A stretch of 64,000 bases of DNA from Octopus vulgaris (GCA_951406725.2 OX597835.1:39618001-39682000), one strand, 5' to 3'. Positions 13,091 to 28,181 are shown, counted from the stretch's first letter. Notes: generated from the sequence alone by a model not told the origin. Numbers and translations are program-made.

Positions 13091-14140
13091 GAAAGAGGAA
13101 GAGGAGGAGGAGGAGGAGCAAGAGGAGCAGGAGCAGGAGGAGCAGGAGGAGAAAGAGGGGGAGAAGAATGTGGGAGTGCCATGATAGTAGTAAGATATTA
13201 AATTATCAAGTGCCCTGAAAGTTACTTGTTGTGGATGGTAGTAGTGATTGAATTCTTGAGACATGTCTCTTTAGAATGTATTGTTTATAAAATCTGCGTA
13301 AAATTGTTTATAAAATCTGTTTATAAAATCTGTTAGGAATGAGGTGGCGGAGAGGAAGAAGACAAAGTAGAAGAAGAAGGAGAAAGAGAATGGGAAATAA
13401 GAGCGGAATGTAGGTGGTATGATAGTAGTAGGATGTTAAATGGTCAAGTGACCTAAAAGTAACTCGTTATAGATTATAGCAGTGATTGGGACTGTTTTTG
13501 GGAATTTCTTGAATGTATCATTTTTAATATTTGCGTGTGTTTGTGTTATTCTAAGGCCGTGGTGGATATGTCGTTTGTTGTAGACGCGTTCAAAAGGGGT
13601 CTGTATTTTGTAATAAAGAGAGTCTCTTTACTAATTCGTTGGTTACAGGTTGTATTGTCCCTGAATTGGTAGAAGGGGAAAATTCTGAAGCTTGGATTTT
13701 TGTTATTGTCGCAAATCTCGATGTGTTGGTTGAATGCTATTTTTCTGTTTGGGGGAATTTTGATCTGGGATCTGTGCAGAGCCATCCTTTTACGTAGACT
13801 GTTTTTGTTTGGCCTATGTATTGCTCTTGACACCCAGAGCAGGTTGTCCCTGTTTAAAGATGAACTCTAATCCCTCAATTATTTGACGCATATCCTACAG
13901 TTAGGTCTTCTGCATTTTTTTTACTGACGGCTTCTGTGCTGTTGTTGAGCGTATTAGGGTTTGTGTTAGGAGACTTTTCATTGATTTCGGCTGTCTCTGG
14001 CTTTTTATGATGGTGCGTGTTTGAAGGATTAAGTTCATTCTGTGGTTCTTTTTTAGGAGGGGAATGTATTGAAGGATGGTGGCGAGGGCTTCATAGTTAA
14101 GAAGATTGTGTGTGGAGATGTATGGTAGGTAGGGCTTTTG
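12811..14140 (-). mobile_element. Penelope-like element 3' part: decayed GIY-YIG endonuclease plus 3' pseudo-LTR with HHR-like motif
   Basis: Minus strand VKKCRRPNCRIC...CSGCQEQYIGQTK (frameshift) SLRKRMALHRSQI...FNQHIEIC...FRIFPFYQ...RISKETLFITKYRPLLN. HHR-like cagttgaagtctcaatgactGAAACcgGTActg at 12811-12843. Confidence 0.85.
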
Positions 14141-14295
14141 GTTGCTATCTCATTTTATTTAACATATACATGCTCACACAAGACCCGCATTAAACTCCTC
14201 ACTCGTATTACTATCGAACCGAGAGTCTAACTACGGTCCACCCGTAGCACTTACATAGTTTTACCTGCCATCTTGGATCTTCTGGATAGTAATAC

Positions 14296-14362
<67 letters not shown>

Positions 14363-14675
14363 AAAATTTAACAAAAACACAGCATTGAGGACATATTTGG
14401 TAATCATTGAATAAAACGAATCTTCTCTTGCAAAAACCAAATTTATTAGTCTCCCTTTCAGCAACGCTCAAACACAGCAGCCCATGAGATTTCATTCTGG
14501 TAAGTTTGGTGTTACACGACCGTAAAAATTGTCTGACATCTATACTTGGGTTTCGTGGGTTTTGCAGGAAGGTTCTGAATCCAGTTAAATCACGTATGAC
14601 CATTGACAGCACATCTTTTTCATTTCTTGGATCAGCATTTTTTCTGCTATAAGTCTAAAAGAAAGAAGCAAAACT

Positions 14676-14915
14676 TGGCATATAGGTTCCCCACCTGGGC
14701 GGGACGCCGGTCCGTCGCAGGTGAGCTGCAAGATGCAAGAGTGAGAGAAAGTTGTGGCGAAATAGTTAGCAGAAGTTCGCCATGACCTTCTGCCGGAGCC
14801 GCGTGGAGCTTAGATGTTTTCGCTCATAAACACACACATCGCCCGGTCTGAGATTTGAACCCGCGATCCCTCGACTGCGAGTCCGCTGCTCTAACCACTA
14901 GGCCATGTGCTTCCA
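14676..14915 (-). mobile_element. SINE family C (tRNA-like head, gcgacggactggcgtcccgtccagg V-domain-like core)
   Basis: Head tggcctagtggttagagcagcggactcgc...ggttcaaatctc. Related copies at 24070-24340(+, different tail), 33555-33855(-), 54157-54460(+) and 54826-55126(-). Confidence 0.8.
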
Positions 14916-15312
14916 CAACCTATTGGATGAATGGCAATGTCTTTATAATGTCCGAACGCTTAGAATGTGTTCTTTTTTGTCTTTGATACAGTTGAAACAT
15001 TCCCCCTATTGGTTTCTGATTCTGAACTTTCCATATAAAATCTCATGCAGTATTTAGAAAGTTGGCAATTTCTAAGTTATTGAGTTCCATGTATAAGGCA
15101 ACAATGACAGCACATCTTTTTCATTTCTTGGGTCAGCATTCTATCTGCTATGATAGATCTAAAAGAAAGAAGCAAACCTTCTAATTGGTCTGAAGAGAAT
15201 AACGTTTTTATAATTGTCTTGATACCCTCCGAACGCTGTGCATATATGTACTCACACAAACACGCACACACACACATGCATACATACATACATACATACA
15301 TACATACATACA

Positions 15313-15345
<33 letters not shown>

Positions 15346-15586
15346 GTTTCCTTATTACTCACAAGGGGCTAAACATAGAGGGGACAAACAAGGACAGACA
15401 CACGAATTAAGTCGATTACATCGACCCCAGTGCGTAACTGGTACTTAATTTATCGACCCCCGAAAGGATGAAAGGTAAAGTCGACCTCGGCGGAATTTGA
15501 ACTGAGAGCGTAACGGCAGACGAATTACGGCTACGCATTTCGCCTGGCGTGCTAACGGTTCTGCCAGCTCACCGCCGCTTGCATAC

Positions 15587-15621
<35 letters not shown>

Positions 15622-15641
15622 TGTATGTATGTATGTATGTA

Positions 15642-16045
15642 CGAATCCCTTTGATTCTGACATGCAATGTCTGTGCAAGACCCTGCCTCGGTAAAGCTGG
15701 ACTCATGAGTCATCTTCGTAGTCATAAAGCGAGACAGATGAGTGACAACTTGGCCACTGGTGGTGGTGTAACACACCATACTAATCATATCTGGGGCATG
15801 TGGAAGAGAGTGTAATTCGGCAGGAGGACTTAAACAACATACAAAGGTACATGAAGCCCAGTTACAACTACAGCCGGCTATTACCAGTAAAGGTTTTAGT
15901 TGCCAATTTTGTACAAGACATTGTAGATCTTTAGCTGGGCTAAAAAGTCACATTCGATCACAGCACGAGTAACAGTTAAACTTCGTGCAATGGCCATACT
16001 CGATAACGAGGGGGCAGCCATAATAATGTATGTATGTATGTATGT
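15642..16045 (+). mobile_element. RTE-type LINE 3' end with tandem CCHH zinc-finger-like motifs, embedded in (TATG)n
   Basis: CNVCARPCLGKAGLMSHLRSH; CGKECNSAGGLKQHTKVH; CQFCTRHCRSLAGLKSHIRSQHE*. Short 3' UTR running into (TATG)n. Confidence 0.65.
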
Positions 16046-16187
16046 AAATTCATTTTAACAGCGTGTAAACATTGGGTTAAAACCCCTGTAAATAGAAATA
16101 GTCTGAGGCTGCTCATGGGGTTTATCTACATCGAATTCCACCCTTACAAATGAATTATTTCACGTCTCTTGAAATTTCTCAATACGT

Positions 16188-16298
<111 letters not shown>

Positions 16299-16618
16299 CA
16301 TGTGTGTGTGTGTGTGTGTAAGATGCCAATGTCTGATAAATATACAATTTTTGCTTTGGATATAAAATTTCAGTGCAATTTATTCCTGGGGTAAGATTGA
16401 TCGTTTAGATGGCCGATTGTATTCAAATTGTTTCCTATAAACCCAGTTTGTAAGTAAAATAAGGCCCACATGCTCACCTAATTTTATTCCTGCACTTGGT
16501 TTTAGATTGTCCCTTGCGGTTTGTAAATATATATATTTACTGGCAAGTGTATATGTGTGTGTGCATGTGTGTGAGTGTGTGTGTGTAAGTGCATTCATAT
16601 ATATATATGTATACATAT

Positions 16619-16669
<51 letters not shown>

Positions 16670-16719
16670 CATACATACATACATACATACATACATACAT
16701 ACATACATACATACATACA

Positions 16720-16750
<31 letters not shown>

Positions 16751-18569
16751 GTATGTGTGTGTGTATGTACATATATATAGATATATAGATATATACATTT
16801 ATGTGTGTCCTTCTGGTCCTCGTTCCTTTATATTTGTTATTTAAGTACCCATATATCTAACTTTGCTGTCACATACACTTCTCCTTGGACACTGACACGT
16901 TGTTGTTAAGCTGTGTAATAGTTCCTGCCTCTACACATTTCACATCCTTGTCCTCTTCCTTTCCCTATAAATCCTTTCTTCAATTTATGTTCCATTTCGT
17001 CATCTCCTTTCTCAATCAAACCATGTTTCGTCAGGGGGCCATAAACATAAGTAAAACATACAACGACTCCTTTAATGCCACGACCGTACCCAAGACTCCA
17101 CCGAAACCGATTATCTTGTTAGTCTACTACATACTGCAGAAACGAAAGCCTACTGTCCTGAAATCATGGGTAGCCTTTACCGTGATGACGTGCGGGTAAT
17201 TGTAAAGAATGTCAACTCATATGTGACCGATAGATTCAGAAAGTTCATAGTTCCTTTAAGGACTTGGATTTCCGAGAAACTGTACAAGTTCATCTCACAA
17301 CCAATCCAATTCTATTTATTATTCATAACACATACCGAAATGAAAGGCTAAATTATGCTTATAAACTTTCTAATCAAATTAGGCATACGATTGACAACTT
17401 TATCCTGAGCATCTCACTTCAATTTTCACAATTTTCGGCTTATAAGCGTATTACAATGAAGCCTTGATTAAAAGTACATTCAAGGTTAAAATCTGAAATA
17501 TAGGAACGCTTATCTCCCACTGCAAAAACAAAGCCTAGCGGTCGCTTTCGTTCGATATTACAATTGTTATAAAGAAGCATTTCCTTTTAAAACATAAGTA
17601 GAGCAAGATATTTAATAGAAATACATATTTCTTTACTGCCCACAAGGGGCTAAACGCAGAGAGGACAAACAAGGACAGACAAACGGTTTAAGTTGATTAC
17701 ATCGACCCCAGTGCATAACTGGTACTTAATTTATCGACCCCGAAAGATGAAAGACAAAGTCGACCTCGGCGGAATTTGAACTCAGAACGTAACGGTAAGC
17801 GAAGTACGGCTACGCATTTCGCCCGGCGTGCTAACGTATTTGCCAGCTCTCCGCCTTAATTTAATACAAATATAACCAAACTTTCGAATTCAACTACCAC
17901 AAATTTGGGACGTAATTTAGAATAGTGTCAGATTATATATATTAATTCTCTGATCTCAATAGTTGTATCTTGAATCTAATTGAATGACGAAAGACATTTT
18001 GTATCACTGTTTTGTTGCTATGAACAGCTCAAAATTATTTTATATCAGTATTACCTCAAACCTATTTAATTCAAGACTTTATAACCACACGTATTCGTTT
18101 AAGAACAATGGCAATAGCATAGAAACATTAGTAAAAATTAATCTAATTTAAGCTTAAATGGAGCTAAAGCATGCAAAGTATAATATTCCCTGTAGACTTG
18201 TTAAGATATCATGTTTTTCATACTACAACTCCTGCTACTCAGCTGCTATTCAGAAATAATTCCGAACTAGGGACACCAAAGATTTAAGTCGTGTAAATTT
18301 TACAAGCAGATTACTTTCCCACATCACTAAAATTGAACATTTTCAATTTTTGCCGCCCACTATTTCTGGGAAAGTCATCGGGGTTGAGTCCGCAGGCATC
18401 TCTTTTACAGGTTCCTATCTGAAGCAAATTACATTACACTTTCCTGCTGAATTCCCGAACGCGGCCAATTAAGATATATGGATACTAACCAGTCATCTTG
18501 CTCGTGGGCTATTTCTCGCTTGTCCCGGCTGGAAGAATCAGTCTTGCGATTGCTATCTTCAGTTCAGTT

Positions 18570-18740
18570 TCGTGCCTATCTTAGTCATGAATGTTGAGTC
18601 AGGACCAAAAGCATATGACCGACAATGCAAGCGGCAAAAATGGGTACCTCCGAAAGATCTTTGGAGTAACGTTACTCGACTGGGTAAGCCAATGCTCCAG
18701 TACTCCAGATATGTAGTTAGAACGCCTCACGAAAGGTCGC
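18570..18740 (+). mobile_element. Highly decayed RTE-type LINE fragment
   Basis: atgcaagcggcaaaaatggg...ctccgaaagatctttggagtaacgttactcgac (MQAAKMG..LRKIFGVTLLD) resembles the RTE ORF2 post-RT region. Confidence 0.45.
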
Positions 18741-19605
18741 AAGACAGATTCTTCACCATTATTTTCAGTTGTAAATCCATAAGTCAATCATTACCTCCGG
18801 CTGTCATTGCTTTTAAGCGAATATGTGTGTGTATAAAATCTTGATTTAAATGGGTCTGTGATCACACCGATGTAATATTTTGAGTTCTTTTGGCAACTAA
18901 ATATATTGGTACGCAATAGCCTCGATCACGTAGATAGATGCTAGAGAGCAATTATGGAGAATCCCTTCAAATTGATATCTATGTCCATTGGCATTGCTGT
19001 GTTGTGCTTTGTTTTAGCTACCATTCCAGCTGACTCCGTTCATTCTAACTTGACAATCCGGAAGAACATAATCGAAATAGCATGATCATCCTGTCAATAC
19101 CGATTTTATCAATTTAAGCAATCTATAAGCGTTATGTATTGAGTACATTCTACTGGACAACGGCTATTTCTACGAACAGAAACAGTCACTTATCGTAAGA
19201 CACACACTCACATATCTGTTTGTACGTGTGTGTATAGATAGATTGGTAGATAGACAGAAAGCTAGATATGAATATATACGCGTGTGTATGTATGTATATG
19301 CGCGTGTATGTATATGTGTGTATGCATATGTATACGCATGCGTGTATATCTTGTTCAGGCATATGAGAGTCATAATGCTAATGATATTAAACACAAGTGC
19401 TGTTATTATTGCTATTACTATTGGTGTAGCGATCTTCCAAGATACAAGATTTGTTTCAACACACAAATTCACATAAGAAATCTTGAGAACCAAATTTAAA
19501 AACTGAAAAGTGTACGTGAGCGTGTGTTATGTCATCAATCTATGCGAGAAAATTTCGAAGTCACTGTCAATAATATAGAGAAGTGTGTGTATTTATATGT
19601 ATATA

Positions 19606-19656
<51 letters not shown>

Positions 19657-19659
19657 ATA

Positions 19660-19703
<44 letters not shown>

Positions 19704-19797
19704 TATATATATATATAATACATACACATATTCTTCAAGTTTATAATCTATTTATAATATAGAAAACATACATGTATGTGTGTAAATATATACATAC

Positions 19798-19832
<35 letters not shown>

Positions 19833-19872
19833 CTTTAATATATATATATACATATGTACATATATACATATG

Positions 19873-19927
<55 letters not shown>

Positions 19928-20488
19928 CCATACACACACACAGATATGTGAATGTATATGCATAAATGTATATGAATATATATGTGTGTGTGTGTGTGTG
20001 TTTGTATGAAAGAATCAAAGCGATATACATATGCAAATATGTAGAGAAGCTACAAAGAGAAAATCAGAACGGTTTGCAAACATAATTCAACGGAAATTTT
20101 TAAACTGGTGTCTCAGAAAGCCATTAACTGAGAAATTAGTATAATGATGGCGGTGGTGGTGCTGGTGGTGAAGATAATGATGATGAGGAGGAGGAAGGGG
20201 AGGAGGAGGAGGAGGAGAGAAAAGGATGATGATGATGATCGTGTAGATCGTAGAGGTGGTGGTGATGATGGTGGTGATGGTGGTAAAGATGGTGTTAGTA
20301 GTGATGACGATGATGATGACGATTATGATGATGGCGAAGGAGGGGATAATGATGATGACTATGATGATGATGATGAGGAGGAGAATGACGATGATGGCGA
20401 TGGCAATGGCGATGACGATGACGATGTTGATGATGCTGACGACGATAGTTCGACGATGGCGATGACGATGATGATAATGATGATGATT

Positions 20489-20528
<40 letters not shown>

Positions 20529-21691
20529 CGACTATGATGAGGGTGAAGAGAGGAATGATGATGATATGATGACGGTGATGATGATGATGATCGTAGTGGT
20601 GGTATTGGTGGTGGCAGAGTTGTGATGTGCATGGAATCAGAGGTTTGCAATGGCAGCGGTGGGCGACGTAATGCGGGTGGGAAAAAATGCCTGAAGGTGG
20701 CGTGGGTACGTTATAGATTAGCGCAGGTAACAGGAAAAAAAGGGGGAAGGTAAAAAAGAAAGAAAGGAAGGAAGGAAGGAATTCAAAGCAGTAGCCCCGA
20801 GATTTGGTGATGTGATGCAGACAGTAGAGAGGAAGAAGGGGAAGATGTGAAATAATAAGAAGACGAAGAAGAAAAAGAAGAAGAGGTGGAGGAGGAAGAA
20901 GAAGAAGAAGAAGAAGAAGAAGAAGAAGAAAAAGAAGAAGTAGAAGAAGAACAACAACAACAACAGGAACAAGAAAAATAACATGGAGAAGATGACAATG
21001 ACGATGACGATGATGACGATGATGATGATGATGATGGGAGGTATGCAGGAGTGGAAGAGGGAGATGCTGATGATTGTGGAGGTAGTGAAGGTGGTTGTGA
21101 TGATGATGACGATGATGGTGAAGAAAACGAAGACGAAGGAGGAGGAGGAGGAGGAGGAGAAGAAGAAGAAGAAGAAGAAGAAGAAGAAGAAGAGGTGGAG
21201 AAAGAGAAGAAGAAAAAGTAGAAGAAGAAGAAAACAAGAAGAAGAAGAAAACAAGAAGAAGAAGAAAACAAGAAGAAGAAGAAGAAGAAGAAGAATGAAA
21301 CCAACAAGTAAACCGTAATCACAACAACAACAACATCAATAAAACAACGAGCAAACTAAAATGGCGTCTTTCATATCAGCAAAGGAAAGAAGAAGACAAA
21401 AACGGAATGGAGTGGAAAGACAATTTGCCGGGAAGATTTTTTATCATTTCTCTAATATAATTAAAAGCTGTTAACATATCTCACTATTGCTTTTGTTGTT
21501 GTTGTTGCTGTTGTTGGTAACGGTGGTGGTGGTGGTGGTGGTGGTGGTGGTGGTGGTGATGGTGGTGGTGGTGGCGGTGTTTGAACATCCAGCAAACAGG
21601 ACTGATTAAATTATTGATAAACCGTGTTGTGTGGTCGAGCTTTGGAAATTAATCACCATTCAATTTATTATTAATGAAGGGAAACGAGAAA

Positions 21692-21742
<51 letters not shown>

Positions 21743-21921
21743 GAAGGAAGGAAGAAGGAAAGAAAGATTTATTAATAAGCAGGAAGATGGCGATCGAGAA
21801 AAGAACGAGAAAAGACTGGGTGAGCGAGAATTTGCGAGATTACAATAATTGTTTTAGAGAAAGCACGAGACAGAGAAAGAGAGAAAGAGAGAGAGAGAGA
21901 GAGATGGAGGATGTGTGGAAT

Positions 21922-21978
<57 letters not shown>

Positions 21979-22276
21979 TGTGTGTGTCTAAAAGAGGGAG
22001 AAAAGTTAAAGTATGAAAATTGGAGAGAAAACTTATGAGAAAGAATATAATTGGAATCGAATGAGAGCACGAAAGAGAGAGAGAGAGAGATTGATATATA
22101 TATATATATATATATATAAAGGACAGGGAGGAGAAAGGAGGATAGAGGCAATCGAAGAAAGAAAGAGAGAAAGAGGGAAAAAGAACGATATTGGAATAGT
22201 ATAATATATATAACTAAAACTATGTGTCCGTGGGTGTGTGGGTATATAGATATAGTTATAGCTATATATATCCTAT

Positions 22277-22321
<45 letters not shown>

Positions 22322-22354
22322 TATGGACATATATATATATATAACATATATATA

Positions 22355-22766
22355 TGGCGAGCTAGCAGACACGTTAGCGCGCCGGGCGAAATGCTTAGCG
22401 GTATTTTCGTCTGTCGTTACGTTGTGAGTTCAAATTCCGCCGAGGTTGACTTTGCCTTTCATCCTTTCGGGGTCGATAAATTAAGTACCAGTTCCGCACT
22501 GAGGTCGATGTAATCGACTTAATACCTATGTCTGTCCTTGTTTGTCCCCTCTATGTTTAGCCCCTAGTGGGTAATAAAGAAATAGATATTTTCGTCTGTC
22601 GTTACGTTCTGAGTTCAAATTCCGCCGAGGTCAACTTTGCCTTTCATCCTTTCGGGGTCGATAAATAAATTACCAGTTTCGCACTGGGGTCGATATAATC
22701 GACTCAATCCCTTCGTCTGTCCTTGTTTGTCCCCTCTATGTTTAGCCCCTTCTGGGCAGTAAAGAA
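22355..22766 (+). mobile_element. SINE family B tandem dimer
   Basis: Full copy followed by a restart at internal tatttcgtctgtcgttacg. Confidence 0.85.
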
Positions 22767-23021
22767 ATATATATATATCTATATATCTATACATAAGTAT
22801 ATATATATATACAAACATATATACATATATATATGTATGTATATATACATATATATATATATGTATATACATATAAATATATACATGCACACACACACAT
22901 ATATATGCGCGAGCACGCATATATATTGCAAACGTATAAAGAGTGAAAAAAAAAAGAAAGAGTTGGGGGGAAAAAGGGAGAGAGGAGGTTGATATAGAGT
23001 GAGATACGTAGAGTGGGAATG

Positions 23022-23330
23022 TAAGCATGGCTCAGTGGTTAGAGCGTCAGGCTTACATGCATAATGTACTGAGTTCGATCCTCAGACGGGGTTGTGTGTT
23101 GCGTTCTTAAGCAAGACACTTTATTTCCTGTTGCTCCAGTTCCCTAAGATGTAGAAATAAGTTGTGACGTCACTGGTGCCAAGCTGTATCGCCCTTTGTC
23201 TTTCCTCGGATAACATCCTTGGTGTTTGAGAGGAGGGGCTGATCTACATGAATGACCGGTGGTCTTCCATAAACAACCTTACCTGGATTTGTGCCTTGAA
23301 GGAAAACTTTCTAGGTCCTATACCGAAGGG
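23022..23330 (+). mobile_element. tRNA-derived SINE family E (related pieces at 7775-7930, 27385-27560 and 58530-58676)
   Basis: tggctcagtggttagagcg...gagttcgatcc A/B boxes, then cttaagcaagacactttatttc core. Confidence 0.7.
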
Positions 23331-23498
23331 GCGTTTTTACCCTTTTGTGGTAAGAAGCTTGCTTCCCAACCACATGGTTCTGAGTTCAGTCCCGCTACAT
23401 GTCAGCTTGGGCACGTGTCTTTTGGTATAGCCTAGCGCTGACGAAGCCTTGCGAGTTGATTTGGTTGATGGAAACTGAAAGAAGCGCGTCGTATGTAT

Positions 23499-23560
<62 letters not shown>

Positions 23561-23799
23561 ATATATACATACACATACATGTATGTATGCATTTATGTGT
23601 CTTTGTTCGTCTCACTTGACAACCGATGTTGGCGTGTTCACATCCCCGTAAATTTAGCGGTTCGGCAAAAGTAACCGATAGAATAAGTTACAAGGCTTAC
23701 AAAGAATAAGTCCTGGGGGCGATTTTTTCGACAAAAGCGGTGCTCCAGCATGGCTGCAGCCAAAAGAGACAAGAAGAAAGAAAAGAAATATATATACAT

Positions 23800-23850
<51 letters not shown>

Positions 23851-23935
23851 TATATTATATATATATATATATATATATGTTTATTATATAGAAGGAGCTT
23901 CTACAGGACTAGTACTGTTTCATTCAAGAGAAATC

Positions 23936-24072
<137 letters not shown>

Positions 24073-24359
24073 AGCGCAATGGCCTAGTGGTTAGGGCAGC
24101 GGCCGCAGGATCGCGGTTTCAATTCCCAGACCGGGCGTTGTGAGTGTTTATTGAGCGAACACCTAAAAGCTCCACGAGGCTCCGGCAGGGGGGGTGGGGT
24201 GATCCCTGCTGTACTCTTTCACCACTCTTTCTTCTGTTGGCCTGCTCGCTTAGCCAACGGGGTGGCGTCATTCGAAGGCTAAAACTATGCCAACGCATTG
24301 TGACCAGCGATGGTCTGGTCGGTTACGTGATTACGTGATATATATACATGCATACATAT

Positions 24360-24655
24360 ACTCTTTTACTTGTTTCAGTCATTTGACTGCGGCCATGCTG
24401 GAGCACCGCCTTTAGTCGAGCAAATCGACCCCGGGACTTATTCTTTGTAAGCCCAGTACTTATTCTATCGGTCTCTTTTGCCGAACCGCTAAGTGACGGG
24501 GACGTAAACACACCAGCATCGGTTGTCAAGCAATGCTAGAGGGACAAACACAGACACACAAACATATACATACACATATTTACATATATATACATATATA
24601 CGACAGGCTTCTTTCAGTTTCCGTCTACCAAATCGACTCACAAGGCATTGGTCGT
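24360..24655 (-). mobile_element. SINE family A (3' portion)
   Basis: Reverse complement of the family A tail and body. Confidence 0.85.
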
Positions 24656-24686
24656 ACATACATGCATATATATATATAATATATAT

Positions 24687-24777
<91 letters not shown>

Positions 24778-25429
24778 CGTTTATGTATGTTAGATAAGGG
24801 ACAAGTGAAGCATCTCGGCGTCGTTGAAATATATTGATTCTAAATAAAATGATGACAGAAAAGGAATGTGTTTAGTTTCGTATCGGGGGGGGGGGAGAAT
24901 GTAATTTGAAAATCCGAGAATTAATTGTCAACATTGTCTACACAACACACACACACGCACACACACACGCACACACACACATGTGTGTGTGTGTGTATTT
25001 ACTGTCTTGTTTGTGTGGTTGTTCTTGTTGTTCTTGTTGAAGTGGTGGAGAAGGGGAGAATGGTGGTGGTTCGTCATCTACTTCCTCTTCTCCTTCAGTC
25101 TCTTCTTTTCATCATCATCATCATCATCATCAACAGCAGCATTATTGTTATCATTAACATTACTTACCTTATCGCCGTCGTTACCATCTTCTTCTTTTTC
25201 TTCATTTTCTTTTTCTTCTTCTTCTTCTACTCCTACTTCTTTTTCTCGTCTTCTTCTTCCCCTCCTTCTTCTTCTGCCACCTCTTTGTCTTCCACTTCTT
25301 TTTCCATCTCTTCTTCTTCTTCTTCTTCTTCTTCTTCTTCTTCTTCTTCTTCTTCTTCTTCTTCTTCTTCTTCTTTTTCTTCGTCTACTACTACTGCTGC
25401 TGCTACTACTACTACTACTACTACTACTA

Positions 25430-25468
<39 letters not shown>

Positions 25469-26519
25469 TTCTACTCTTTCTCCTCGTCCTCCTCTTTTTA
25501 CTTCCTTCCTTCCACCTCCCCCACATCCTCGTCCTCCTCCTTGTACTTCCTTCCTCCTCCACCTTCTCCATCTTCTTCAGCTTCTTCTCCATCATTCGGT
25601 TTTTGTGTATGCTGTCTTTTATTCTCACCCATTATCATCGACGTCGTCGTCATCAGCATCATCATCATCATTATCGTCACCATCGTCACCATCATCATCA
25701 TCATCATCATCATCACCACCATCATCATCATCATCATCACCATCATCATCATCATGTTTCCCTTTCCTCCCGTTCCGTTCCTTCTCAGTCTCCTTCAAGG
25801 CGACCAGCCCTTCTTCCCCTTCTCCCTCCACCCGTCCCTCTTCATTATCTTTTCCTCCTTCTACTCTACCACCCACCACCATCCTGAATATATCTTTATA
25901 TATGTATTTAATTTCGTAATATATTTATAATTAATAGAGAGTAATTTTTTTAAATGTATTTCTTTAATAATCAACCGTTTACTTGTTTTTAATAATTCAA
26001 TAAACGAGATAAGGCCTCGTTTGCACTGTTATTAGATGCGGTGGCAGAAGTGTTGCTTCTGGTGGTGGTGGTGGTGGTGGTGGTGGTCGTCGTCGTAGTT
26101 GTCGTCGTCATCGTAATGGAGGATATGTATATAGGTATGTATGCTTTATATTTTCATTTTATATATTATATATCACAATTAGGGAACAATTGCGCCGTCG
26201 ACGAATGCTAGCAAGCCGAAGCGTCAAAGTAACCGCCACCTCTCTCCTTGTAAAAGTAATTCATACATACATACATACATACATACATACATACATACAT
26301 ACATACAAGGCGGCGAGTTGGCAGAAATGTTAGCGTGTCGGGCGAAATGCTTAGCGGTATTTCGTCTGCCTTTACGTTCTGAGTTCAAACTTCGCCGAGG
26401 TCAGCTTTGCACTTCATCCTTTCGGGGTCGATAAATGGAGTACCAGTTGCGTACTGGGATCGAGCTACTCGACTTCCCCTCCCCAACTATTTCGAGCCTT
26501 GTGCCTAGAATAGAAAAGA

Positions 26520-27385
26520 TACATGCACACATACATACACTCATACATACACTCATACATACATGCATACATTCATACATACATACATACATACATACAT
26601 ACACACATACATACATACATATAAACATACATACATACACACATACATACACACATACATACATACACACATATATACATACATACATACACACATACAC
26701 ATACATACATACACACATACATACATACATACATACATACATACACACACACATACATACATACATACATACATACACACATACATACATACATACACAC
26801 ATACATACATACATACATACATACATACACACATACATACATACATACATATATACATACATACACACACACATACATACATACATACATACATACACAC
26901 ATACATACATACATACATATATACATACATACACACATACATACATACACACATATATACATACATACATACATACACACATACATACATACATACACAC
27001 GTACATACATACATACATACATACATACACACACACATACATACATACATACACACGTACATACATACATACATACACACATACATACATACATACATAC
27101 ACACGTACATACATACATACATACATACATACATACACACATACATACATACATACATACATACATACATACATAATACATACATACATACACACATACA
27201 TACATACATACATACATACATACATACATACATACATACATACATACATACATGCAAACATACATACATACATACATACATACACACATACACATACATA
27301 CATACATACATACATACATACATACATACATACATACATACATACATACATACATACATACATACATACATACATACATACACAT
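26520..27385. repeat. Long degenerate (TACA)n array
   Basis: Direct reading. Confidence 0.95.
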
Positions 27386-27588
27386 GCACTTAAGCTCACT
27401 CTCTTCATCAAATCGACATTACCTGAACAGGTGCCGCACAGTGTACCACATGTCAGGTGTCGAAGTGATCGCAGAGGAAACGTGAGATGAAGGGTTTTGC
27501 TCAAAAACATAACACAATACCTGGACCAGCCAATGAAATCACGATCAGGTGATCACCTGTGCACCTACGATAGATGAACACCGGATTA

Positions 27589-27769
27589 TTTACATTATTT
27601 ACATTTATATATTATATCACAATTAGTGAACAATAGCGCCACTACGCCATATGCCCACGGGCATATGGTGCCGTGGTTAAGAGCGCGGACTACTAACCCA
27701 ATGATTCCGAGTTCGATCCCAAGCAGTGACCTGAACAATAACAATAATAACAACATCAATAATAATAAC

Positions 27770-27838
<69 letters not shown>

Positions 27839-28139
27839 TATAATAATAATAATAAAAGGTACTGAAACCTATTTGAAAATGATTCCAGGCTTACCATCCC
27901 TACAGGAAGTGCAAAAAATCATGTTAACTGGAACGGTTTATGTACTAAGAAGAGCACTATCGCTGTGAAAACAACATCCATCCATGAATTTATTTATTTA
28001 TTAATTTTTAAATACATATTTTATCTGTGAAGTTGCGTGTGTAATCTGGAAATGCATACAATGACCTTCTCTGCTCTAGGTGTATGGAAAACACACGGCG
28101 AGAAAACGGAAGAAAATTTGAAGAAAGAAGGAAAAAAAC

Positions 28140-28181
<42 letters not shown>

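Noticed and set aside
15642-15972. Host C2H2 zinc-finger gene
   Set aside because: Frameshifted, lacks TGEKP linkers and ends in a retroelement-like tail within (TATG)n.
20087-21322. Long His/Ser/Leu-rich ORFs (also 24925-25930 and 39962-43673)
   Set aside because: Mosaic triplet repeats open in several frames, with no domain or supportable splice structure.
27659-27731. tRNA-like sequences (also 23025-23095, 24070-24140 and 54157-54232)
   Set aside because: Acceptor and anticodon stems do not pair fully and each continues into a repeat body, so these are SINE heads rather than tRNA genes.
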